Source: Eledone cirrhosa (Eukaryota). Taken from it: a stretch of DNA of 64,000 bases. The stretch lies in contig OZ024741.1 in NCBI GenBank assembly GCA_964016885.1, positions 334,986,001 through 335,050,000 of the forward strand. Direction: 5' to 3'. Below are positions 28,040 through 40,049 of the stretch, piece after piece. The notes under the pieces are model-generated. The model did not search any database and had not been told where the DNA came from. It was given only the letters and a program-made list of their open reading frames with translations. Every line of letters begins with the position of its first letter. Within the stretch, counting starts at the first letter, position 1. The position numbers and the translations under genes were made by a program.

Positions 28040-28656
28040 AATTAGGAAAAGCAAAGTAGTTTCAGATGTTCAAGTCTTTTAATAATAATGCTGTGATATA
28101 TATTTCAATGGTGAAAGTGGCCACACTGTCCTGTGCGCCAGTTTCGAGACATCGTCAGACAGCTTGTTACATAATAAGGTTATGTTTCCGAGGCAATCCT
28201 ATTTGAATCGACATGGGAACGGACGAAGTATGTGCTTTTGGGTTCTCACAGGGGAACGGACGAAGAACCCAAAAGCACATACTTCGTCCGTTCCCATGTC
28301 GATTCAATTTGGATTGCTTCGGAAACATAACCTTATTATGTAACAAGTTGTCTGACGATGTCGCGAAACTGGCGCACAGAACAGTGTGGCCACTGTTGCC
28401 ATTGAAATATATATCACAGCATTCGGTGGGTTGGCAGTATCGGTAGAGGGTCGGACACCATGCTTTCCAGCATAGTTACGTCCCTTTATGATCTGAGTTC
28501 AAATCCCGCCAAGGTTCACTTTGCCTTTCATCCTTATGGGGTCGATAAAATAAAGTACCAGTAATGCACTGGGTAATTGCTGGCCTTGTGCCTAAAGTAG
28601 AAACAATTATTATTAAAAGACTTGAACATCTGAAACTACTTCGCTTTTCCTTATTC
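28040..28656. repeat. Long fold-back (about 200-bp arms, short loop)
   Basis: 28040-28246 pairs with 28264-28423 plus 28609-28656, with a SINE between the two right-hand pieces. Confidence 0.9.
28424..28610 (+). mobile_element. SINE family A inserted in a fold-back arm
   Basis: Matches the consensus and splits the right arm of the 28040-28656 inverted repeat. Confidence 0.87.
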
Positions 28657-28658
28657 TA

Positions 28659-29096
28659 TCATCATCATCATCATCATCATCAACGTTTAACGTCCGTGTT
28701 CCACGCTTGCATGGGTTTGGACGGGGGTAGTCCCACTTGAGGCAAGAGTGATTGTCTTGCTCGCATAGGACTGTCTGGTAGGTTTTCTACAGTTGGATGC
28801 CCTTCCTAACACCAACCACATTTACAGTGTGGGTCTGGGAGGTTTTTACCGTGTTGCCTACACGGCCACATTACAGCGTGGACTGTGTGTTTTTTTGTCG
28901 TGACACCTACACGATCTCATTTGTTTCGGCCTGGATGGCGCGGCACCAACATAACTTTACATAGAATGGGGTGGTGTGGATGGGGTGGGGGTGGTGGGAC
29001 GGGGTGTATTTTGTTAGAGATGCCTACTGGCTATATATTTAGGTAAGGCGGGTCTTCTCTGTTACTGAGTACCGCCAAAGGTCTCGGTCCAGTGAC

Positions 29097-29098
<2 letters not shown>
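28659..29098 (-). mobile_element. RTE LINE 3' end, near-identical to 15025-15490
   Basis: The reverse complement matches the 3' UTR of the 13.8 kb element almost base for base, including the (GAT)n tail. Confidence 0.9.
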
Positions 29099-29159
<61 letters not shown>

Positions 29160-29167
29160 ATGTATAT

Positions 29168-29400
29168 ATGTGCAAACATGGGAGGTCTTAAAAGACATAT
29201 GAGAACACACAGTCAGAAGCAAGCACTGTAAAGTCCCAGAGGAGCCTACAGTTGCCATGTGTGTGCCAGAGTGCCAGAGGGTGCAAGTCTTTAGCTGGTC
29301 TAAAGAGCCACATTCGTGCCGAGCATTTCCGAGCATTTTATCAGGCGATGGCAATGCTCGAACACGAGTTTGCAGCAATCATGTATGTATGTTATGTATT
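29168..29400 (+). mobile_element. LINE 3' end with C2H2 zinc-finger remnants
   Basis: Encodes CANMGGLKRHMRTH and CKSLAGLKSHIRAEH, followed by an (ATGT)n-like tail, as in RTE/BovB-type C-termini. Confidence 0.6.
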
Positions 29401-29430
29401 TGTGTGTGTATGTGTATATATGTTTGTGTG

Positions 29431-29462
<32 letters not shown>

Positions 29463-29648
29463 AACACACAAGCACACACTCACAAAGCATTGGTCAACCT
29501 GAGTCTATAGTAGAAGATGCAGACCAAGGTGCAGTGTAGTGTAGTGAGAGTGAACCCTGAACCATATGGTTGCATAGCAGACACTTTAGCTACATCACCA
29601 TATCTACACAAATATAAATAAATGTATGCACACACACACATATATATT

Positions 29649-29962
29649 TATTGGCCTTGCAATCGAAAGGTTGTGAGTTCAATTCTCAGACCGGGTGATG
29701 TGTTGTTTCCTTGAGCAAGAGACTTTATTCCACATTGCTCCAGTTTACTCAGCTGTAGAAATGAGATGATAGGGACTGGGGTCTCTATCATTCCACTGCA
29801 AAGTGGTCGTGGAGGTGCCACGGCAAAAAAGCACCCAGCACTCACTGTAAATGAGGTTGGTGTTAGGAAGGGCATCCAGCTGTAGAAATCATGCCAGAAT
29901 CAGTTCCCGTCCCACCCTTGCAAGCAGGGAAAAGCGGATGTAAAATGAAATGATGATGATGA

Positions 29963-29966
<4 letters not shown>
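29649..29966 (+). mobile_element. SINE family B
   Basis: Matches 21642-22017. Confidence 0.87.
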
Positions 29967-30018
<52 letters not shown>

Positions 30019-30369
30019 ATATACCTGCATAAACATAAAACTATAGATCTTTATAAAAATAAAAATATTTACAATTTATTAATGTTTTAAATTATATATT
30101 GAAATTGTTACTGAAAGAAGTTTGAATATTTCAAAACCTTTCATGTATTTCCTTGAAGCTATTGTTCTCTCTCTTCCCTAGCTTAGGAGTGACTTGAAAC
30201 ATTTAATACTTTCATTCATAAATATCTCCTCTGTGCCCACCTCCAGTAGGTGAAACTAAAGTGATAACCTAAATACTTTTATGTTTGGCTGTGACATCCT
30301 TAGGAATGGACAGGTACAATAATAGTTCTTTAGTTCTCACTTTTGGCTCCAAGACATTGGAGTCAAATG

Positions 30370-31935
30370 CTCACTGGTCTAGACCAAATGTGAAATGTAG
30401 GATCCCAAAGATAGTAATAGCTCCAGGTCAGATATGAAATATAGGTCTTCAAAGCTGGTAACAAGGTGTGGCCAAATGTGAAAAGTAGGTATCACACCCT
30501 GTTACCAGCTTTGAGAACCTACATTTCATATCTGATCTGGAGTTATTATCATCTAAGGCGGTAGATTGGCAGTATCGGTAGAGGGTCGGATGCCATGCTT
30601 TGATGCATGGAGTTACGGCCATTGCCATTCTGAGTTCAAATACCGCTGAGGTTAACTTTGTCTTTCATCCTTACGGGGTCGATAAAATAAAGTACCAGTA
30701 ATGCACTGGGTAATTGCTGGCTTTGTGCCAATAGTAGAAACAATTATCCTCTTTGGAGTCCTATATTTTACATCTGGTCCAGACCTGTGACCATTTTCAG
30801 GGGTCCTACATTTTATATATGGTCTAAGCCTGTTACTATCTTTGCAGTCCTACATTTCACATCTGATCTAAGCATGTTCTATCTGTGGAATCCAACATTC
30901 CACAGCTGGCCTAGACCCATTAACAACTTTGGGGTCCTACTATTCACATCTGTTCAAGGCCTGTTACCAGCTATGAAGAGCTAACTTTCACATCTGGCCA
31001 TGCCCTGTTACCAGCTATGCATAAGCCTCCATGTATGTAATTCTACTTGAATCAAGTTCACAATGTATATTTATTATCTTCCTAAGTCAACAGTTTTCTT
31101 GCTTTATTAACCTTCCTGTCTTGGTGTGACTGTTTTACTATTTCCATACAACTTTCTATGAGAACGTTACCATAACCCTTTAAATGTTTGCAAAGAATTT
31201 ATCTCCATAAAATTCTGTAACTATTACCAGACATCTCCAAATCTGGTTAAATTTAAAATGTAAGCAAGCCCCTACAAAGTTGCTAATAGACCCAAATCAA
31301 ATGTAACATATCCCCTTGACCCCACGAACTCATAATAGGTCCAGATTGAATGTAATATACCTGTCAACCCCACAAACTCGTAATAGGCCCAGGATAGATG
31401 TAAAATCTATCCCACTCTCATAAAGTTGATAAGCCCTGTCTAAATATAGGATGTAAGCCACTACAAATCTGGTAAAAGACCCAGGCTAAATGTTAAAATC
31501 CAAGCTCGTTCAAAGCTGATAATAGGCCCAGGCCAAATGTAAAATGTAGCTCCCCAACTCCCAAAGCTTATAATAGCCCCTGGTTAAATGTAAAATGTAA
31601 ATCCCTGCTAAGCTAGTAGTAGAACCCCTTCCTCCCAATCGTATAATAGCCCCTGGTTAAGTATACAATGTAACCGCCTTTCTAAGCTAGTAATAGCAAA
31701 CCTCTCCTCAACTACTAAAGTTGGTAATAACCCTAGTTAAATGTAAAATGTAAACCCCTACGCTGGTGATAGGTCCAGGTCAAATCTAACATATCCCTAC
31801 AATCCTACAAACTTATAATAGACACAGGCCAAATGTAAAATGTAGCCCCACCACCACCACCACAAAGCTGATAATAGCCCCTGCTTAAATGTAAAATGTA
31901 AACCTCTACAAAGCTGGTAAAAAGCCCAGGCTCAA
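30370..31935. repeat. Diverged ~40-45-bp tandem repeat with orientation switches
   Basis: Unit resembles CAAAGCTGGTAATAGGCCCAGGCCAAATGTAAAATGTAG. It is forward at 30370-30490, inverted at 30497-31020 and forward at 31230-31935. Confidence 0.8.
30557..30747 (+). mobile_element. SINE family A inside a minisatellite
   Basis: Matches the consensus. Confidence 0.85.
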
Positions 31936-32436
31936 ACAGAAACATCTAAAATATAGACTCTGATTCAAAACTATTCTTTAAATATTTTAACAATCAATAC
32001 TAAATACAAACGATTTCTATAAAGGATATAAATCAATATGGCAGTGTTGTTATCCTAACCTAGGTTGCCCAGTGGGACACCCCTAGTACTGTTAAAGTAT
32101 TAGGTATTTGTTCTGGGTCTCTGTGTTCTGAGTTCAAATCCTACTGAATTCCACTTTGTCTTTCATCCTTTTGGAGGTCTATAAAGAAAGTACCTAACAA
32201 ATGTTGGTGCAGCCCCCCCCCCCCCCTGCCCCTCTTTCTCTCCTTTCTGCTGTCACATCCTGCATGTTCTACCTGATCAAAGGAGGTGGGGAGGGGTTTG
32301 ACAGGATGCCTGTGTCTGCTTGTGATTGCAGGGGCACCTAAAACCTTTGGCAAAAACATGGTATGCACTACCAAGTCATACTCGATTGCGAGTTATCACT
32401 GTAGTAGTAGTAGTAGTAGTAAAAGTGGTGGTAGTG

Positions 32437-32474
<38 letters not shown>

Positions 32475-33162
32475 TGTAGTAAAAGTGGTAGTAGTAGATG
32501 TAGTGTACATGATGTACTAACAAATGAAAACAATAACAACAAATTGAAGTGAGTGTGGTCTGTCTCAAAATCAAAGGTTAGGCCCATACTAACTATCCTA
32601 TCTCCCCACCACTACCACCACCCATCCACCCCTACCTGCTCTGGCCTAGTTTGACTATCATAACACTATTAACTATACTTTGCCTGAGTTATATACATAT
32701 ACATCAGTACATTGTGTTCTTTCTATTTAGATTATTATATCTATTTAACATCATATTTTTTATTTGCCATTACTGAGGAGTTTAAATATTGAATCTTCAT
32801 ATATTTTTTGTGTTTATTTCTGTATATTCAGTATCTATACACAAGCATGGTTGTGTGGTAAAGAAGTTTCTTTTGCAACCACATGGTTTTAGGTTCAATT
32901 AAACGGTGGGGTAACTTAAGAAAATGTCTTCTACTATATGTGGAGGCATGTGACCTAGTGGTAAGGGTGTTGGACTTACGATCATAATGGTGTGGGCTCG
33001 ATTCCTGGGTTGCGTGTAGTGTTCTTGAGCAAAAAACTCATATATATGTATATATACAAATTTAAGGTATCAAAACATCAACTATGTCTGATATTTGTGC
33101 TTCTCAATTGAATCTACATATATCTGTTTATATACATACATATATGTATATATAATTTGAAT

Positions 33163-33223
<61 letters not shown>

Positions 33224-33224
<1 letters not shown>

Positions 33225-34320
33225 AGGGCTCTGTCCTTAGCCCCCTCCTATTTATTATTGCCCTTCTGGCTATAACAGAGGAGTTCAAGACCGCCTGCCC
33301 ATGGGAACTTCTATACACAGATGATCTAACGCTCATAGCTGAATCAATGGCTGAACTAGAGAAGAAATTCCAAACTTGGAAGCATGGCCTAGAATCAAAA
33401 GGCCTTAAAATTAACTTGTCTAAGACTAAAGTTCTAGTATGTAGGAAGGAAAATAGGGCACTGGTCCCATCTGGGAAATGGCCATGCTCAGTGTGTAGGA
33501 AAGGAGTAGGCAGAAACTCCATTTTATGTCCCAAATGCAGAGTATGGGTGCATAAAAGATGTAGTGGGATCACAGGTAAACTAACTAAGAACATAGATTT
33601 TATATCTGGCTGGTGCTCAGTTGCAATGAGTAGTAGCAAGTGCCCACAGGATACTAGCTCCTTCCATTGCCCAGATGGTTCTATAGAAATAGTGGACACC
33701 TTCTGTTACCTGGGTGACAAAATCAGCAGTGGTGGAGGGTGCTCTGAAAGTACAGTAGCTAGAGTCAGAACGGATGGAAAAAGTTCAGAGCTTATACCAC
33801 TATTGGCCACTAAAGGTTTCACCCTAAAAATGAAAGGCAGACTGTACAATGTCTGCATGCGAACAGCAATGTTACATGGCAGTGAGACATGGGCATTGTG
33901 TGCAGAGAATCTGCGCAGACTGGAGAGGAACGAAGCTTGCATGCTCCGTTGGATGCGTAATAGTAATATACGTGAACGGCAAAGCATAAATGAACTAAGT
34001 GAGAAATTAGGAATAAGAGGGATCAGATGCTGTTTACTCGAGAGAAGACTACATTCGTATGGTCACGTGATGCACATGAAAGACGACAGCTGTATAAAAA
34101 AGTGCAGGGCGATCAAAATAGATGGAAGCTACGGAGTAGGCAGACTCAGAAAAACCTGGGACGATTTGATAAATTCCGACCTTACACACTTACACCTCTC
34201 CAAGAGAATGTCACTGGACCGAGATCTTTGGCGCTACACAGTAATACAGAAGACCCGCCTTGCCTAACTACAAAGCAAAACCTACTGTCAGTAGGCACCT
34301 CCTGACCAAAAATACAGTGG
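33224..34320 (+). mobile_element. RTE-clade LINE fragment (RT C-half)
   Basis: ORF 33347-34267 is highly similar to 14250-15085. The catalytic motif reads YTDD here. Confidence 0.92.
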
Positions 34321-36199
34321 AGTCCTCCCAGAGCAGTTAATCAATATAGATAATAACTGAGAAAGTTAAGTAAAATAATCCTAGAGAAGGAAAAAACAGT
34401 ATTCAATTTTTTCCATCCCCAGGATATATATAATATATAGCGGTAAAAAAACGGAAATTATATCCATAGTAAGTAGAGCACTCAGTCCAGAAGCCGATTT
34501 TGGTATAGATTTAGTTCCACAACAAATCACTCGGGTTGAAAACGTACGCCCTCAAGTATGGTTTGCTAATTTCTTTCTCTGTATATATATATAAAACATA
34601 TATATATATAACATATATATCGCTGTGTGTGTGTTTATTTTCACAAATGCCTTTGCATTGACACTGTATAAGCAGCCAGTAAGATTTGTTTATGACCTGC
34701 AGCTCAGTAGTTCAGCGGGTGGAGATCAGTTGAACAGGTTCCCTGCGTGATCTGCCTTAGAAATACTGCCTAATAAAATAATGTTTCATCTAAATCCAAA
34801 GCAGACAAATGATGATGATGATGATGATGTTTTATATCTTTAATATTTTGTTTTCGTTCTTAATTATATCTATTATCATTCAAACATTTCACGTTTTTTT
34901 ATTGTTTATCTATTTTATTTTTCTGTGTTTTATATTTTATTGTTTATCTATTTTATTTTTCTGTGTTTTATATATTATTTTTATTTTTGTCATTCTGTAA
35001 ATATTGTATAAATTCTGTTTGTTATTATTTTTATATGAAAAATATTTAAAAATAATATTTTGGTAAATGTAAACACTCCAAATTAAATAAAGACATTAGA
35101 GCAATTATATTAAAATTTCATTCAAAACAAATTTATAAACAAATCTATAGGGTAAAAGAACAAACTATTACAAAATTAATATTTCAAGAAGAAAATATTA
35201 CAGTATTTATTTGATAATAAATATTACTTATCATTTAATTAAAATTATCAGCAAATATCTTTTAAAAAGTATTTTAAGAAAAATAATTGATTAGAAAATT
35301 GCATTTTGCTGATTTCATAGGTTAAATAGATATTATGGAAAGAAATCTGAAAAACAGATAGGAAATGGGAGATTTCCCCAAGAAAAACTTTAGCTTTCAA
35401 CTCTCCATTATAAAGTATTTTGAAACTTAAATTATGCTATCATTGAAATTCTTTTCCCCTGAAAACAAAGAATTTTCAGATACCAGATATTCCTGCCCTA
35501 ACATAAACACATGATCTCTTCCAGATAGAATTATCAAAATACCCTCCTTCTTCATTCTATTTATCCAAATTTGTTTCCGTTTTATTTTCTGAAATAAATC
35601 CATGTTACTCGGCTTGTAAGTAGAGCCAGATAGGAACTCCTAATACTTTCAGCTTTTTCAAAAGCTAAGACTTTTATTATGTCTCAGACAGATTTGCTTT
35701 CCTCTCCGTTTTCCAGCTCATTTCAATTCCACATTGAATTTCCGCATGAGTTATGTTACCGAGGATTATTTGTTCAGTGGAGTTGAAGATTAATACATAC
35801 ATACATAGATACATATGTGTGTGTGTATGACTGTGTACATGTGTGTGTGTGTACATATATGTATCAGTGTGAACGTATGTGCACATGTATGTGTGTGTGT
35901 GTGTACATATGTATATGTTTATATAGCCACTTGGATGTAATTTTGTGTATTAAATATATATGCTTGTGTGTATGTAAGCATAAATATATGTATGTATGTT
36001 CATATATATGTATGTATGTACATATGTATGTATGTATTTATGTATATATTTATGTTTATATATATATCATCACCATCACCGTTTAACATCTGTTTAAATG
36101 GTGATGATGATGATATATATATATGTGTGTGTGTGTGTGTATATGTATATATGTATATATATATGCATAGATATATGAGTATATTTATATACATGCATA

Positions 36200-36263
<64 letters not shown>

Positions 36264-36368
36264 TATATTTATATATATATATGCATATATATGTGTATAC
36301 ATTATATATATATGATGTATGTATATGTATGTATGTATATATAATTATGTATATATATATATATATTC

Positions 36369-36429
<61 letters not shown>

Positions 36430-37108
36430 CATATATACATATATATATATACATACATATATATATATATTCATATATATATATTCTATATACACAATAA
36501 GTATTGACTTTATTTCAATGTTATTGATCTCTTCTTATCCATGGTTTGTGGTCTCTTAGATAAGCTTTAATTTCTCTCTAGTCAATATCTAGCTCGATAT
36601 CTCGCCTGCTAGCTCATCTATCTCCCTTTTAAGATGATTTAAGACAAACTCACTGATAGATATATATTGTCCTGATATATTTGATAATGAAAATATTTCC
36701 AATTTATTATTATCATTCCTTGATAGTTGTTGATTAGTTTTCTGCAAAGATATTTCTACACCTGCTTAGAATATTTATTGCCAATCATCATGTGCTTCAG
36801 AGAATGCCGTCCAATATTAATTTTTTTATTGATTTCTTATATGTTGGTTTTAGCCCCCCAATATCTGAGAGATTACTCTTGGCTGTTTCATGTTCCTTGC
36901 ATCAAAGGTTTTTCCCCGTCTATGACAGTTAGATAAATAGCATTTGTTATTCATTAGATTTCCCAATATTAAGGTTCACAGGAAGAGAAGATTATATATC
37001 TATATATAAATATCTGAATGTGTCTGTATGTGTGTTTGTGTGTGTTTCTGTGTGTCTGTGTGTGTATCTTTGTGTGCGTGTCGGGGTGGCTGGGTTTGTG
37101 TGTATATG

Positions 37109-37165
<57 letters not shown>

Positions 37166-37539
37166 ATGTGTGTGTGTGTGTATGTGTATATGTATATATT
37201 TGTATAAATAATAGGTCTCAGAATGTATGTATGTATTTGTATTAATAAATGTTTATGTTTGTGTGTATATAAACACGCACACGTGTATGTGTATGTATAT
37301 ATATATGTGTACATACACGCACAGGCTGTTATATATATTATGTATGTTCACACACACAAACACATGTAGTGAGAATAAGAGAGAGAGAGAGAGAGAGCAT
37401 GAGAGTGAGAAAGGGGGAGGAAGTAATAACATTACACCGGGTATAAGATTTGTGTGTTTGATAACACTTCATAACGGATATTTAACAATCATAAAAGATA
37501 GTTGAATATTACATACTATAGTATATACTTGTTTATGAG

Positions 37540-38135
37540 GTGTGTTGATGGTGGTGATGGTGGGGTTTGTGGTCATGGTGGTGGTGGCGGTGGGGAACTG
37601 GTGATGATGGTGGTGGGGTTTGTGGTAATGGTGGTGGGGGTACTGGTGATGGTGGTGGTGGGGTTTGTGGTCATGGTGGTGGGGGTACTGGTGATGGTGG
37701 TGGTGGGGTTTGTGGTCATGGTGGCAGTGGGGTACTGGTGATGGTGGTGGTGGTGGTGGTTGCAGTGGGGTATTGGTGATGGTGGTGGTGGGGTTTGTGT
37801 TCATAGTGGTGGTGGTGGTGGTGGCAGTGGGGTACTGGTGATGGTGGTGGTGGGGTTTGTGGTCATGGTGGCACTGGGATACTGGTGATGGTGGTGGTGG
37901 TGTTAACGGTGGGTGGGTACTGGTGGTGGTGTTGTGGTTGTGATTGTGGGGGTTGTAGTGCTGGATAGGAGTGAGGTTGGTGGCGGGGGTGGTGACAGTG
38001 CAGTGGTGGTGGTGGTGGTATTGGCAGAGATAGTGATGGTTGTAGTTATGGTGGTAGTAGTGTTGGATAGTAAAAAAGGTGATGATGGTGGTGATGTTGG
38101 TGGTGGTAATTGTCGTTGTGATGGTGGTTATAGTG
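37540..38135. repeat. (GGT)n-derived minisatellite
   Basis: Recurring GGTACTGGTGATGGTGGTGGTGGGGTTTGTGGTCATGGT. Confidence 0.9.
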
Positions 38136-38357
38136 TCACTTGGGTAACAAACTAGAAATAAGCTATTGTAATAGAAACAAAGATAACACATTTCATGTTT
38201 CTTGCATATAAAGATTAGTACATATATAGATTACTGCATATATATAGATAAGTGTGTATATATAGATTAGTGTGTATATAGATTAGTGTGTATATATGTT
38301 TATATATATATTACATATATATTATGTGTACGTTTGTATATATATATATATAGATTA

Positions 38358-38387
<30 letters not shown>

Positions 38388-38388
<1 letters not shown>

Positions 38389-38571
38389 ATAATTGTTTCT
38401 ACTTTAGGCACAAGGCCAGCAATTACCCAGTGCATTACTGGTACTTTATTTTATCGACCCCGTAAGGATGAAAGGCAAAGTCAACCTCGGCGGGATTTGA
38501 ACTCAGATCGTAAAGGGACGTAACTATGCTGGAAAGCATGGCGTCCGACCCTCTACCGATACTGCCAATCC
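38388..38571 (-). mobile_element. SINE family A
   Basis: Reverse complement of the consensus. Confidence 0.87.
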
Positions 38572-38715
38572 ACATTGACGGACCCAGCATATTTATCAAT
38601 GCCAGTACCGGTTGTATCTCAGCGCACTCAATGGGCAATGTAAGATACATTACAAGAGTATACTCATAGTTACTTGCCTCAACACAACACACGTAAATCG
38701 GGTGCCTATAAGGTT

Positions 38716-38825
38716 CCCGGACTCGAGTTTCTGCAGCACTAATGCAGCAGTAAGGTGCACTGCACTATCTGTCTGCATATATTATGCAACAATGCACAAT
38801 CAGCTTATGCTGCTTCATCAGCGGG
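38716..38825 (-). ncRNA. Type I hammerhead ribozyme with long stem II
   Basis: Minus strand: CCCG-CTGATGA-aGCAGCA...TGCTGCa-GAA-ACTCGAGT-C-CGGG. GUC triplet and palindromic stem III, with an A.A mismatch at the base of stem II. Confidence 0.78.
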
Positions 38826-39087
38826 TATCGCCTAATCAATAACCAATCGATCGACATAATCCAAACACCGGCCTGCACCGGTCATGACTGCTTGTGACAA
38901 CCGACACGGTAAAGCGATTAACTGGCAACCGATAGGACTCTATCTCTCAACTAGCCACTGATTTATAAATTTTACCTGGGACAGGAAGCTAAAAAGAATC
39001 AATCTATTAGTTCCTGTCATATATATATATATACACTGTTGTGTTAATCATATATATATATATTTATCAATATTATATATTCAACAA

Positions 39088-39279
39088 AGGCGGTGAATTG
39101 GCAGTATCGGTAGAGGGTCGGACGCCATGCTTTCACGCATAGAGTTATGGCCCTTGCCATTCTGAGTTCAAATCCCGCCGAGGTTAACTTTGCCTTTCAT
39201 CCTTACGGAGTCGATAAAATAAAGTACCAGTAATGTACTGGGTAATTGCTGGCCTTGTGCCAATACTAGAAACAATTAT
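39088..39279 (+). mobile_element. SINE family A (tRNA-derived), representative full copy
   Basis: Box A-like TGGCAGTATCGG, box B-like GAGTTCAAATCC, central GCCTTTCATCCTTACGGRGTCGATAAAATAAAGTACCAG and an (ATT)n tail. Confidence 0.88.
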
Positions 39280-39824
39280 ATATTCAACAATATTACATAT
39301 TAAACTTAAGCCAAAAAAACTCGTTATAGGGGAGTATAAGCCAGACAGACTAAAATAAGTTAGTCTCCCTCATATACATCTCCTGACCATGGTTTTGAAC
39401 ACAGTCAAAACAATAGGAGTCATTGCCAATTATTGGAATAACCAATATTGGAAGAATCTGTGATTCTCTTCAGGGGAATATTCTTTGGTATAAAAGGATA
39501 TATATTCATCATAAAATATACAGAACGTTTCATTGTTGAAACCACATGCTGTCCAAACATGTTGCATTGTTGAACTACTAAATGAACAAATCTCTCTTAA
39601 TATATTAGGACTATGAAACATGCTTATAATGACTCTAGAAACACTTTAGAAGATCAAGTGCAAAATATCAAACTTAACAATTCTCAATGCTCCCTTCGTT
39701 TATTCTGACCCCTCCCCCATTATTTGGGACCTGAGAGTACATTGAAATATATGTATGTATATATAGTGGTGTGTATGTGTCTCTCTGACAGAATGTGTGG
39801 GAGTGTGTGCATATATATATACTG

Positions 39825-39862
<38 letters not shown>

Positions 39863-40049
39863 CACACACATTCAAACTTACATTCACTTACACGTAAAAA
39901 TCCACAACCACACACCACACGGATATATGTATGCACACACAAACATTGATACTTTACGTAATAAACCTAGCACATACACGCACACATAATATTGACACTA
40001 ATACAAACACATTTTACTTTGCATTCTAAAATCATTACTGAATACCTAA

